DNA of 63,922 nucleotides, the filler included, from Reticulomyxa filosa (taxonomy: Eukaryota > Protista > Foraminifera), in assembly GCA_000512085.1 (NCBI GenBank). It is 14 parts of 14 records of this genome, joined end to end, with 100 filler letters (N's around TTAATTAATTAA, not from the genome) between each part and the next. Parts side by side here need not be neighbours in the genome. Positions count along the whole stretch, not along the records: positions 36,426 to 38,954 come from ASPP01041256.1; positions 39,055 to 41,156 come from ASPP01003598.1; positions 41,257 to 57,947 come from ASPP01018042.1; 11 more parts are not named here. One strand, given 5' to 3'. Shown here in pieces: positions 37,250 through 53,074 of the stretch (positions are counted from its first letter, which is position 1; each line of letters opens with the position of its first letter). The notes under the pieces are model-generated. The model was not told the DNA's origin. It worked only from the letters and a program-made list of their open reading frames with translations, and ran no database searches. The translations under genes were made by a program, and so were the position numbers.

Positions 37250-38760
37250 AGACCAAACAGTTTACAGAAATCCGAAACAATATATTCTGGATGAATTTGT
37301 TCTTGCTTCATTTAGACGTCAATTATTATATCTATTTCTTGCACCATTTGTTCTTTGGAGTCTTGTTCGATTTTTGCAAGTTCTTTATCAGTCAACGCTT
37401 TCACCAACAGCTTTCCAGTCAATGCACGGAATTTCTTTGCATTTGCGATTGTCGGTTTCATCCACTTCTCTACATCTTGCAATACTGTCACTACATTGTG
37501 AACCGATGATGTTGTCTGTTATATTTGCATATGTGCACGTTCGATATAAACAAAAAAATAAAAATAAAAATAAATAAAGGTAGTAACATGAAAGATTCGG
37601 TGCAATGGGCAAGAAGTAAAGGGAAACAGACCCAATTGAGGTGCTCCTCTGGCTATTGCCAAAGTGGGCACTCTAGGGATGACAAGAATGATGTTCTTCT
37701 TTTCATAATAATTTTTTAGTTGATATTGCAAATAAGGAGACTCACTAAATTCACCTGTCAAAAAGAAGTATTTCAATTTTTTTTGAAAGATCTTTTTTTT
37801 TCAATTAATGTTTTGTCCACCTGTTGTATAATTTCGTCAATTCTAAAATCAAATAATTTCATCCATAGCCGACAAGAAATTCCTAATCCTTCATCACTAT
37901 ATAAATGACTGTTTTTATTTATTTATTTATTTGTTGTTTGTTGGGATAAGAATGGATAAATGCAAAATATAGATAGATATTGTCTTTTACTCAGAGATGC
38001 CAAAGCATTCCACATTAGAAACCACTTCCTCCAAATCATCGCCAATGTTTGCTTTCAGAAAGTTGTCGAGTTCAAAAGGGATTTGAATGTAATGAACTCT
38101 GACTGTACGATTTGATGAAGAAAATTGCTTCTTGCTTTGTGTAATGTTTTCCAACAATTTCAAATATCCTTTGGGCTGTGTTTCTTGGAATTGCTTCATG
38201 ATTTCTTTTCCAAATAATTTTTCAAAGATTATTTTCACATTATCGTCAATAGAAGAAGATTTCCAAGACCCACCAAAAGCTGATCTAATTCTTTGATTTG
38301 ATACTCCCTTATCATTTCATAAATTGTTATCGATATAGTACTCTTCTCTCTTATATCCATCTGTAAGTAGCATTCTCCAATTTGGAGCCACTCTGTTTCT
38401 TTTTGATTATTTTTCATTTCCTCTATGATGCAAATGCTTGCACATTCAGACTCAAGTGCAATCACTAATTGTCGATCAATGTGTGCACTTCCAATCTGTG
38501 CTTTTATTGCCCATTGTCTCAATAAATCTTTGGCGTCTTCACTCCAAACATCTGGAACCGGAATCACCCACTGGATTTTGTCGTCTCTGATCTCTATGTT
38601 GATGCTTTTCAAAAACTCTTGTGCTTTTTGTTTGCAATACTTCAACACATTAACAAATACTGTTTCTGTGCTGACACGAATACCATTCATTGATACCAAC
38701 TCTTTTTCAAGTATTGGTTGTTTTTGTGCGTTGTATGCATCAGGAACATCTTTGTTTTTT
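37250..38760 (-). CDS. Divergent HSPA12-like (atypical Hsp70) gene or pseudogene, partial
   Basis: IQWVIPVPDVWSEDAK..LRQWAIKA, LVIALESECAS and FFLTGEFSESPYLQ...LAIARGA. The DxGGGT motif is degenerate. Frame break at ~38276. Confidence 0.7.
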
Positions 38761-39054
38761 TTTGAAGTAACAGTTATAGTTTATTTTTTTTGAAAGCTAT
38801 AGAGAAAAAAATAGAAAAAGTTGTAAACTATATGCATTTGCTTGGAATCGATCAAATAACAGTAATTTCCTATCCCTATCCGCCTGATAATACCTTTTTT
38901 TTTTTTGGATTTTTTTTTTAAAAACTATTTTTTTTTAATATCACAAAAAAAAATNNNNNNNNNNNNNNNNNNNNNNNNNNNNNNNNNNNNNNNNNNNNTT
39001 AATTAATTAANNNNNNNNNNNNNNNNNNNNNNNNNNNNNNNNNNNNNNNNNNNN

Positions 39055-40200
39055 CGGTGCGGAATCTGCGATCGCACATATAGATAGCCTTGTTGGGGGG
39101 GTCTTCTGCTTTCCACTGGGGACGTGCTCAATGTTTCCGTCACATTGTTCAAATTCACATGTTCCAAGTTGTATAATCGTCCAGAATGTCCCAGTTTTTA
39201 TCTATCCAAGGTATATACACTCCATTGTATTCGAATGACGTGACTGGCACATACACACATACATACATGCATACAAGCCCATACAAATTATTATTATTTT
39301 TTTTTTTTTGAACTTGGAATAGAAGATTGTACCCCTCCTCCCTCCTTTTCATTCCCTTGTCTATATACAGAGTAACATACCTTTAGATTTTTTTACGTGT
39401 GATTTGGTCCAGTTTATCGAAGAAATGACCAAATGTCAAAAAATTAGGACCCACACATACGACGTCAAATATCATCTCCACTGCTATAAACTCCCCAACG
39501 GTATGAGCCATAAGCGTATAATCGATATTTCCATCACTTTTTTTTTTTTTAAAAAAAAAAAAACTTATTTATTAATTTATTTATTTATTTAAAACATAAT
39601 AATAATAATAATAATAACTTTTTGGACTGTGGAATGACGGACCCAATCATCACAAATTTCGGATAGCTCATTCAATGTATATTCTCTTTCTTTTTGAATT
39701 TCTCCTTGACTGTGCATTTTTTTGTGGGATGTGTTTTGCTGTGGATTGTTCTCTGTTGATGTGCCAATTTTAACATTTTTTATCACAATGTTTCGTATAT
39801 TGCTCGTTTTGTAACGTTGTGAAGTAGACAATTCGCAAATCTAATAATTTCGCTTCCTATTTAAAACGACCACAAAGTTCATTCACCTTTTTTTTTATGC
39901 AAACTACTCTTTTCCAATAGTATTCAACGTGTTACCCTTCGCTCACATTTTCAATGCAATAAAAGTCTCTATACATATTGTACATATTTATATAAACATA
40001 TATGTACATATACATAACTTGCACAGTTTGAGGTAGTGGCTCCTCTTCAACTTCATAAGGATATGGTTTTACAAACAATTCAGTAAATCTTTTGATTATA
40101 ATTTTTCTTGCAATATTCTTTTTGCTCTTGTTTGCACTGTTGCTAGTGTCGTTGTCGTCGTTGTTATCTGTTTCATACTCATCTGCTTCGTACAATTCTA
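39055..40200 (-). CDS. Uncharacterised multi-exon protein fragment
   Basis: Several short ORFs (39932-40195, 39589-39831, an exon at ~39380-39538, 39155-39250) separated by low-complexity intron-like blocks. Confidence 0.4.
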
Positions 40201-40519
40201 AGGGTATTATTCGGTGTTGTGATACACATGCTGATATAGTTTAGTGGAACCAATGATATTTTCAGTTCATGTCATTTCTTTAAACGTCAATCGTCTTCAC
40301 CCTTTTTTATTGGTTTTTTTTTTTGAAAGAATCACATGTACTATATATCATTTCCATTCCAGGACATTGCTCTTACATATCCTCACATGATTGAACAGAG
40401 TAATTGGTGTCAAAGTGAGAAAGTTAACTTTAAAGAACGTCATTAGACATTAGATAACGAAGATCTTTACATTTTTGAGAACAATAACTTAGAAGAAGGT
40501 CTCGACATGACCATAAGGA

Positions 40520-40930
40520 TTTTTTTTTTTAAAGAACTTTGGGGGGGTCAGTTAAAGCCGACCCCTTAGGCCTCCTATGCTACGATCTCGAGCCGAACCT
40601 AGAGCTAAGGAGGCAGGCAACGCCCCTATTTACTAGGCCGGCCAAAGGCCATAACAAAGGAGTTCCTATCCTATTATATGTCTCATAAAGAAACATATCG
40701 TTGGAGAGGCTTAAAAATATCTTTAAGTAGATTACCAGGCCATGTAAAATACATTGGTCTGTACTTATTATGTTGCGGGGTCCCAATATTTTTTTGAACA
40801 ATATTTGTGGTCGGGTTATCCATACCACGCAAAGTCTGTGATTCATTAGAATTGTAGTTAAGCTAGTCTCAAAATATTCAAAAAGTGAATCAATCAAAAA
40901 TTTTGTCTTCACTTGAAAAGATGTGAAATT
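40520..40930 (-). mobile_element. Probable 3' end of a decayed LINE: ORF2 tail, structured GC-rich 3' segment and A11 tail
   Basis: KTKFLIDS...ILHGLVIYLK resembles a degenerate 'ET..HFL.DC...IL.AL..YL' ORF2 end. It is followed on the minus strand by GC-rich hairpins (40544-40650) and an A11 run (T 40520-40530). Confidence 0.4.
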
Positions 40931-41825
40931 TTTTGTTTACCAACAGAATCGTGAAAATGTTTATTCTAAATTAATTTTGAGTTTGCACAAAAAAATTGAT
41001 ACCCATGAAAATGTAAAAGAATAAGAACAAATAAAAATATTTAAAAAACAAGAGATAATATGTCAGACGTTTCATTTTCTCCTTTTCCAACGTCTTTTTC
41101 AATTGCTGCGAAGAGCGCAGCTTTTTTATAGCCAACGTGTTGGACGTGTGTTTAATNNNNNNNNNNNNNNNNNNNNNNNNNNNNNNNNNNNNNNNNNNNN
41201 TTAATTAATTAANNNNNNNNNNNNNNNNNNNNNNNNNNNNNNNNNNNNNNNNNNNNTTATTAAAATTTTAATAACACCACCAATATTTCCTATTAGAATT
41301 CCAATGTCCAGCATGTTCCAAATTACTACAATGATTATATTACAGATATCTAAAGATAATTTCGAATCCACCTGGGACAAACTCAAATACCTTTCAAAAA
41401 ACAACTTTTTTAGAATAGTTGAAAATGATATTGAAAGGGGTTAAAATTAATTTTTTTTTTTTTTTTTACAGTTAGTGTGGACTGTTAGAAGCAGACGTCA
41501 CACATTATAATGTCTAGTTACTTATGTATTTAATTTAATTCAAAATACAACTTTGCAAAAGTCGATATTAATCATAAATGATGTTAAAATACATTTTTTT
41601 AATTTATCTTCAATTGCTAAATACTGTTATAATTGTATTAGCATACAATCAATATATTTATTATTATCTGTTTTTTACATTTTCATTTTTAAAAATTTAG
41701 ATCATTTTTATTCACCTGGCTTTGTAATACCTTTACTTTCTGAATTTGTTTTCACTTGAGTATTTTTTTTATAACTTTGACGCTGGAACTTTGAACTTTA
41801 AATTTTTTGAAGATAATCTCTTATA

Positions 41826-43008
41826 ATGAGTCAAATAGAAATCAAAGAAGACACAAATAAGGACTTTTCCAATCCAAGTACAATATCAAAACTTATTGAA
41901 ACAGTAAGTAAATCACTTCCAAGTCATAAAAAACTGTTGATGGAAGCGGTTCTTTGTCGCGAAAAGCGTAAAATATCCCAAGCAAAGAAGTTGATTAATC
42001 AAGGATTGAATGAGGTGATAATAGCAGAAAGTCAACAAGAAAAAAAGGCAAATGATGCTTCTGGGAGCAAGTCTTATGATGAGAGTTTGTTGACATGTAA
42101 ATCAGAACTTTACTACGAGAAAGCCCAACTGTCGTATCACTTTGATCGCAAGTATACGCATTGCATCGCCGAATGTGAGCAAAGTTTGGATTGTGTGAAA
42201 AATATTTGCGACGCCAACCACATGAGTCGACTGCGTACATTGGAGTTGATGGGCTGGAGTTATCGCAATCTCCAAGAATACGATCAGGCTTTGAATCACT
42301 TCAATCAACTACTGTACGGCATTGAAACTCATGTCACCTATTGCACTGAACATCCAAGCCAAACCAATTCCAACAAACTTAAGTTCAATTCTTAAAATGG
42401 AGCCCCTTTTTTTTAAAAAAAATGTGTACCCTTTGAAACTTTTATCGATATGAGATACGAATTTGCTATAGCATTGAATTGCATGTTTGATTATGCACAC
42501 TTTTTTTTGCATGTTTGACTCAAAAAGAAAGCTAACGATTTGGAAAAGTCGGACATGCTATGAAATTGGCATGCTTTTGAATGAAAAAAAACAGTTTTTG
42601 GAAAGTGAAATAGTGTCAAGACAGGCGATGACATTGTCGAAACAAATTGTGACAGAAGTGGATAATGGCGAACATGGCGACGAACGCGACTCATTGTTGG
42701 AACATTGGGTTGCTTCTCAAATGCTCGTTGCTGTGGTTATTGCCTCTCCTTCGATTCAAAAGTATGAAGAAGCGTTGGGCTTGTTGAAACACGTTCGAGA
42801 TTGGGTAGTACTTCGTGATGCCACGGATGAAATTCGAAAGAAATATCAACAACCAATTACTACATTGACGGAAAAAATTATACGCGCTTTCATTCGACAT
42901 CAAAAGGATAAAAATACTCAAACTACCCAAAAAAACACACATAACAATACTACTTCTAATTCTGATAAAAATTCATCTAATGACAATTCATTTTTAACTC
43001 CTGACTGA
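41826..43008 (+). CDS. TPR-repeat protein
   Basis: TPR-like LELMGWSYRNLQEYDQALNHFNQLL and TCYEIGMLL..KKQF. A phase-2 intron at ~42383-42527 joins the two ORFs. Confidence 0.75.
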
Positions 43009-43900
43009 ACTTTTTTGCTTATCTTCTATATTGAGATAACAATGTTGATTTGAACAGTGGAATGTACGAACGGTTAAAAAAATATAAACATGCAAAATTA
43101 TTCACATTTTCATTTTGCAAGCTCAACACTTGTTCGTTGCAAAAATTTTTCCATCTTTCAAAAATATAAAAGAACATTTTTTTTTCAAGTAAGTTTGGCC
43201 ACATTATCCAAAAGGACATAGTGCAAACAAAACATATTAATTGACCAAACGATTTACAACAAAGATAAAATTTTAAAATTATTTAATTCAATATTTTTAA
43301 TCTATTTGAAATGTTGATTATCTTCACAATCATCAATTGACATTTTCTTAACCAGTAAGTTATATGCTTGCATCTTGTACGATACTATAGCATTTATATC
43401 TTTCAAAATTTCTTCAGTTAACTTAGTGTAATCTTAGTAAATGCAAATTAAAAGTTTCTTGTTGTTGAAAAGGATCATAATATCTAAGCAATTTTTTTAT
43501 ATCTGAATTGCGCTAAAAAAACAAGCTGTTTTGCTTTCTATATCAATTTGGACTATTTTTTTTATATAAAAGAACAGCTTAACTTGACTCACTTAATGCA
43601 CTTTAAATAACTTTTTATCTGCGACATTTGACTTAAGCAATAGTCTTTGGACAAAAGTTATTCATTTTTAATTAATTTAAACATAGTTTAAAAAAGTACA
43701 AAAGTCATTATATGTCAAAAAAATTATTTACACATTTGCTTCCTTGCTATTCATTTTTGTAACCTATTTTAAAAATTCTTTCACTAACTTGCATTTTACG
43801 TGTAAAAAGAACTTTTAAGACACACTTAGTTTTTTTAGAGTGCAGCGTTCCGCTAGCGGAAGGAGAAAAATAAAAAAAAATTGCACACCTAATAACTATA

Positions 43901-46026
43901 ATGGCCTCATCCGATACAAAACGTGAGCCCAAACGCAAAGTGGTAGTAATTGGAGCTGGTATTGTTGGTGTAACAACCGCATATAAACTAGCAAAAGACG
44001 GCTACCACGTCACAGTTGTCGAAAAATATCCGGCTGCTGCCCAATTTTGTTCCTACTCTCCCTCAGGTAAAGTTTAACAAAGAAAGTACTTCTTTCTTTG
44101 TTCCAAAGCAAAAAGAATGAAAAATGTGGGAGGAAAACAAACAAAAAAATGTTTGCATGGCATAAACGGGGAATAGGAGTGGCAAATGAGTACAAAGATG
44201 AGGAAAGATACAAAAACAGTGTATTGCCAGTAATGCAACGAAGCGAAAGCAATAAGATTGGACAAGTGATAAAATCAGCGTTTGGACATCTGAACCCAAT
44301 GGAAAAGATATGTCCAAGCAAGTTTCATTTGCAAGATAACACTTTCTGTGACCCGAGCTTTTTGTCCTCCCAGGAAGGGGCAGTGTTTTCGTTTTATTTA
44401 TTCAAAAGACAAGTGGTCGATAAAACATTGGCAAAATTGAAACACTGCGTTCTGTCAAAGCTCGGAAATCGCTTTGAAGGCGAAACAAGCTCACCTTGTA
44501 TATAATATATACACATATACATATATATAAATGCATACTTATATACATATCTATATTTATATTTATATATTTATTTATCTATTTATATGTATATGTGCAT
44601 ACATAACACATAAATATGTACATATGATTATGCATAGGTACGACATTCCAAAAATGGAGAGCCTACTGTTGGGATAAATTTCTGTACACGCTGTTTGATG
44701 AGGCGCCACACTTGGACAAGATCAATTTCAAAGTGTTTGATGGGTATGCTCATGTGTACCCGCAATCGGGGGGAAATGGCGTTTGGGGACATTTGCGTAC
44801 CGACTTTTTGCCGAAAGAATACTCCCCGTTTTCGAAATGGGAGGAGCTCAACCACAATGTCAGAACCGTCGAAGATCACGGAAAAGCCTTGGCTGGGTCT
44901 TGTCATGACTTGGCACAGTTTTTGGTTGATAGAACCAAAGACATGGGCGTTGAGTATAAATTTAACACTGAGTTTTGTTGCTTTTTTTTTTTTCATTTTT
45001 TTGTTTTACTTTTTTTTAGGACGAAATCAGAGGAAATTTACTTTGCATATCTTTACACTATTTATATAATATACATGTGTATATATGCATATATGTATAT
45101 AATTAATGTAATATGAATATGGAATGCATAGGGTGAAAAGAATATTTGTGGACAATGGAAAAATATCTGGTGTTTACACAAAAGATAATGAGATGATTAA
45201 CACGCAGAAAGTTATAATATGTGGTGGGGCGTTGTCATCCCATTTGTTCAATCGATTGATCTATGAACACAAAGATGACACAAATGAGGAGGGTCAATTC
45301 CGTGAACCATTTTGGATACGATGGAAACGCTACTTGACTCAACACTTGCCTTTCTTACCGGTTGTTCCTTTGCAAGGCTATGCCATTCAAACCAATTGCC
45401 AAGACTATCCTTACCCTTACAGCACTCACATTTTCTGGCCCGGACGCATCCATGTCACTCACGTCAAAGACGATCGAATTCACATTACTAATTATGGCTA
45501 TTTCAGACCTATCCAAACTGTCTTAGAAAGGTCTTTTTTTGTTTTAGTTTTATTTGTTTCGTGGTAGTATTGGTAAGATTGCCCCTTATGTTATCTGTTT
45601 GACGATGTGTACAGGTGGAGAGAAAGGACCCCTTCGACAATGTATTTTAGTGACAATCATTTTGAACAGCGTTTGTGGGATTACTTTGATGATGTTACCA
45701 ATACTCATGTACGGTCTGTGATGGGTGTCAAGGACTACGAATGGAAAAATCGATTCAAGTGGTCTGGATTTCGCCCATTTACACCAGACGGACTTCCTAT
45801 CGTGTCTAAAGTTAATGAAATTCAAGGTTTGTACCTAAATTGTGGACATGGATTTTATGGCTTTATGTGTTCGCTTGGCTCTGCTCATTTGCTGAGCAAA
45901 GTTATCGCATATGATGATGAGATTTACTATAATGCAAAAAAACGTACTCAAATGCGACCAGAGGAAAAACAATTAGTGCAAACATTATCTTATCGCAGAT
46001 TTTCTATTTTGCCTTACCTCCATTGA
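43901..46026 (+). CDS. FAD-dependent D-amino-acid dehydrogenase/oxidase (DAO family, DadA-like)
   Basis: VVVIGAGIVGVTTAYKLAKDGYHVTVVEK Rossmann motif; WSGFRPFTPDGLPIV; GLYLNCGHGFYGFMCSLGSA. Four GT-AG introns (~44067-44176, 44498-44637, 44972-45131, 45531-45614). Confidence 0.9.
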
Positions 46027-46609
46027 TTGGTCGGCAAGGAAAAACATTGAAAAAACATAATAATAAATAAAAAGCTCACAGAAATTGCAAAATGTGAGCG
46101 GCTTATCCTATTGCAAAAAAAAAAAAGTTTTTTCATTCGGTTTACTTCTCATCAACTATGCTTTTCTTTTGTAAGTTATGAAATTCATCTGCCAATCATC
46201 AAACAGTTTACTTCTTTTTTACGTTATGATTTTGAAGAAAAACCACTTTTTTTTACAAAAATTTTACAGAAATTTCGTGTTAAAACAACAATGCAACCTT
46301 TTTTTCTAACTATTGTGGTTACATTATGCCAGCTGGAAAATGTCTTGAGTTTGAGATTAATTTTTTAATTGCAAAAAAATGTTTCTTTTTTTGGTGTCCT
46401 TTTTTTCGAAAGGGCTGTAAATTTAAACAAGAAATTTTGTTGGTTTTTGGCTGTATTGAACTGTATTGGCCACATTCTGGTATAAGGACTGAAAATATCG
46501 CAAAAAAGTTTGTTGTTATATAAGACAGAGCATTTACAATTGGACATGAAAAAAAAAATTAGGACACAAAAACGTATCTTGCACAATTCATTGCGTTTGA
46601 CTTTTTTAG

Positions 46610-48490
46610 TTAACTGCTGGATTGAGAGACAGATTCTCGAAATCGTTGAAACCAGCCTTTTTTGGGTTGTGTGCTTTCCACCAACTTGTTGTAGAGTTCG
46701 TATAATGCTGTGAAGGTTATTATTATTACAATTATCTTTCGCTTCCTCTTCTTAAGGCCATCTCGATGACATATATAACAAAAATAAATGCAACAAAAAT
46801 CAAAACTGTTGATTTGAACGTCTTTATGTTCCAACTGCAATTCCAATTGATGAATTCGAAAAACGAATTGATTTCGTTCAAATTCTAATTGTTCTTGCAT
46901 AGCAGCGACCATAATAGCAAATCGATTGGCATCAGCGATTCGTTGATTCAATAGATCGTCAGGAGTCAAAGTTGTTCCACTCAATGCCGTTACACTTAAT
47001 GTATTATTTAACTCTTTGGTAATTTGTAGTTCTCTTCGCAAGTTTAGAATTTCTTGGTCTTTTTCTTGCAATTGTTGTTCAGCAGCAAGAAGTTCATTTT
47101 GAGCTGAGCTCAAAGCCCCCTGCAACTGAAGCATCTCTTGTTTCAACTTTTCGTTGTTTCCAACACGTCGTCGATTTCTTGCTGCCTCTGTTTCCAGCAT
47201 TTGTATTTCATCCAATTTGCGTTGATGTTCTTCTTTTTCTTCATCCAAATCACTGTGCACTTGTTCTAGCCTGATTCAAACAAATAAATAAGGGGTCAAT
47301 CTCTTCTTCTTCATATAAGGCAATGTTTCCATTTGCATTGCAATACAAAACTTTTTGGACATGTCTTCCAATTTAATACGCAGGGCCTCAGTCCTAGTTC
47401 TCTGATGTTTATTTCGTTTGCTTTGAGCGTCTTGTTTTTCATCCTCTTGTCCGTCCTCCTCTTGTTTTTGTTTGTCTTTGTCGTTCTCTTTCTTTGTTTG
47501 TCCCTGTGTTTTCTGCTGCTCCGCTATCAAGTCTTGGAACTCCTTTTTATTGGTCTTCTGCGCTTGTGCTTGCGCCTTTGCTTGAGCTTCTTCCTCTTCC
47601 GCTTCGGCTTGTGCCTTCTTCGCAATATATGCGTCCAAGTCTAGCATCGATTCCAAGCGAAGCGGACCTTGGGTTTCTTGCTCTTATTTAATTCACGAGC
47701 ATAACATACAATTTTTTTTTTTTTTGTTACTATGCATATATAAATATATAATACATATATACATATATGCATATGTGTATATGTATTATATAAAGATGAA
47801 TATTGCATATGTGATATATACGTACATATTTATTGAGAGGAAAAAAGGGGGAAATAAAATGGATAGATATAATAAACAATGTACCTTCAACCACCTCGAC
47901 AGCGTCTTCAGGGATGGACGAAATATTCCCCGACTGAACCATAGGCGCAGTGGCGGTGGTGGCCACTTTAACGTGGGCCGATTTGCCGACACTTGCCAAT
48001 GTCTTTTCCATTTCATCTTGCAAGGCTTTCACTTCGGCGTCTGTCCAACGCGACAACGTCCCGCCTCGAAACAGCTTTTGTCCCACTCCGGTCTCAAAGT
48101 CTTTGGCAGACTTCAACTGCCACCATTCGACGCTTGGATGTTGGAATTCCTTTGTTGTCGTCATTTGCATGTGATTTATGATATCCATTTGTTTTGCTTT
48201 GTTTTTTTTTTTGTTTTTTTTTGCTGCTTTGTGTACACGTGTTACCGTTTGCTCTTCCCAATATTTAATCCCTTTATCAACCATTTCTGCTTCGTCCAGA
48301 GCGCGCATTGATGGCTTGGGACTGCGAGGTTTATTTGGTTGTTAACGCAAATAAAATTGTTTTGCTCTGCCTAGAAGACACAAAGTAAAACAAACTCATG
48401 TTTCTGTTCTTCGGTAGAATTTGCCTTGTATTCGGATACTCTCTTCTTCTGGGCAACCTGAGCGAGGCTTGGATGGGCTTGATGTGCCAT
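46610..48490 (-). CDS. Uncharacterised coiled-coil protein (multi-exon)
   Basis: E/Q/K/L-rich heptad ORFs 46610-47260, 47276-47656 and 47730-48308 separated by intron-like blocks. Candidate ATG at 48490. Confidence 0.6.
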
Positions 48491-49471
48491 CAATTTCTAT
48501 TTTTGTACAACAAAATAAGATGCAGGGGTTAAGTGACTTTTTCCAAGTCTTGTAAACAGAAAGCAAGTAAAACACTACATAGTAATAATGAACACAAGTT
48601 ACGTTCCATCATAATCGTGTTATCCTCCTCTCTCAGCAATGTCCATTTTCCAAAAAAAATAAAGCTATTATTATTGTAATCGTATATAACAACAGTTTTT
48701 TAGTCAATAATGCTAAACGTTATTATTTCTAAAAAAATTGATAAAATGAAGCAAATATATATCATATTTGACAAATGTGCTCAATATATGCATATTTCCA
48801 CAAACAATAATAAGTTAATCAAAGAAAATTGAGTATAAATTGATCAAAATAATAAATAAAAATTAACGTGTGATGTTTGCAATATCACTATTTGTTTAAT
48901 AACTAAAACAATACTTGATATATAAGTTTTTAGAATTTCATCGCGTTTTAATGTTGTTTATTGATATTGAGAGGTTTTGATTGACGGCAAATAAATTTTA
49001 AATATTTTTTATAAATCAAAGAAAGAAACTACAGAATTGAATAATCGAAAATATTGAAACAAATACAAGGAATGTAATCGGAAATAAAGTATGTTGAAGC
49101 AAATAAACAGTGTAAAGGTACTTTTCACAGTAACTTCGACTATTTTTTGTTAGCTGACAGTTTATTGCTGTTTAGAAAGTTAAATTTACATATTATTTTA
49201 ACAAATGTTGTTTCACTTCGTTTTCCATTGAATTTACAGAAATAAGAAATTATACCTACTTTAATCTTTTGTTGTTTGTTTGTATTTATATTTTTTATGT
49301 TATCTTTGTTCTTTTACTTGGAAAAAACTTTGTTGTTTACCAGTCTGTACTACAACTCCAAAAAAAAAAAGAGTTCACGTTCTTTCACTAAAAACCGAGT
49401 CAAGAACTAGCTGAAAATTTTGGGGTATTTTACTAGTCAAAAAATTCAGTTTCATTAAATTCACATCGGAA

Positions 49472-51321
<1,850 letters not shown>

Positions 51322-53074
51322 AACAAAAAGCCTGCGCATTAGAAAAGAACAGCTTTGTTAGCCAGGGGTGTATGTCGAAACTTTCTGTTGTCTTTCTGTT
51401 GTTTCGATTTGGTACTATTGCCAAAGTAATGTTTATCGTCCCTTGGCTAATTAATAAATTTGTGTTTTTTCAACGAGTGTAAATTTTAAAACTTGAAAGC
51501 TCACTTTGCCGATACCAATTGATTTTTTTCCTTTTTTCTAATTATACAACTTTCATGTTAAGCTTTGTCCCAACAAAAAAATTTAAAAAACCAACTTAAC
51601 CAACCAATCTACGTGACAATATACATGCGTCTTATCACACAAGTCACATTTACATTCATTCTGTGGGCACAATATTGTAAATGAGAAATCTTTACTAATT
51701 TGTGACAAAGAAGTTATCAGGTGACATAGCAATACATTATATCCAATGATTTTCACGCAAAGTGATAATTGTTGGATAATATCGTAATCGCATCAGTGCA
51801 TGAATAAGGTATAATATAAAGAAACAAAAACTGAACTTGTACGAAGCACACGACACAAACCAAAATATACACAAAACAATATTAAAAAAACTCGTCAACG
51901 TGTGCAGTGGTTGAAGCTAACATTTCTGATTTAGACATCTTAAATGTATTGCTTCTATTCAAAACTGCTCGTAGAACCTTTGAAAGTCACATGAACTACT
52001 TTGTTCATCATCAAATTTTCTTCATTGTCTGATAAAGGGGTTGAACATATACTTGAATTTATTTATTTTTCTGTGCTAAGCAATGCTTTTGAATTTCATA
52101 AGTTATAATTCTACGGAACAAAAAAAACAAACTTAAATTTCTTTTATAATAGGGACTTGCCCTACATAAAGACTAATTATTAAATGATATAAAACATACG
52201 CAGAACTTTGATAGTAATTTTGTTTTTGGTTTTATTTTAAATTCATTTTTTTCACTTATATATTGTATTTATCTTCACTGTTGTTATTCTTTATTTATTG
52301 TCTTATACCATCAGATTCAGTTCAAATATTTTTGATGGCACAATATCAACTAGCAACTTTAAATCATTTATATCTTGTGAGTTGATATGGAGGGCTCTGC
52401 TTTCATCATTACTTTTATTTGTATGTTGAAGGCAGTTTTAAAAAATATTTCATTTTTGATAACTGTTTGGTAAATCAAGGATCAGGAACTCTCTTCCCAA
52501 TTGAGATCTGACCATCTCTATCAAAATATCTGAAATTATTCAACAAGAATCATACACCATCATATGCAAAAACAACCACGCCCAGTCCAAAACAAGAACA
52601 AGCCCCAAGCAATTGTATTTTTTTGTAATATAAATAACCACCTACGTGCAACACGCATAAATTCAACATTTGTTGGGGCATCTTTAAAAATGACCAAAAA
52701 TCTCATGCACGCAATAAAAACACTTGCGCAAAACAGAGATGTTACATTGTTTGGCAAGTACTTTAATAACAACCCATCCATATGAAAAAAATATAAAGGA
52801 AAAAGATAGATACAAGAATATCCTTTTGATGTCCAATTATATCACCACTCACGCCCAGCGTAAAAAAAAAAAGAAAAAAAAGGAAAAAAGAAATGTATAT
52901 ACTAAAAATTGCAGGTATACCAAACCAATAACACAAAGGGAGAGAGTAGAAAAAAGAATGTGAGAACACAATAAAAGTGCAGCAATACAAGACGCAAAGA
53001 AAAAAAAGTGAATCTTTGGGTGTGTTTCTGTGTTGACGCATTTTTGATGTGCATATGCGCAATGGGTCTTCCTT

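Noticed and set aside
40640-40660. GGCCTTTGGC (minus strand) resembling the U2 snRNA 5' stem
   Set aside because: No following AAGATCAAGTGTAGTA branch-pairing region and no Sm site.
51600-52560. AT-rich stretch with scraps of coding-like sequence (also 36426-37200 and 58048-59195)
   Set aside because: No sustained ORF or recognisable motif; cannot support a pseudogene or element call.
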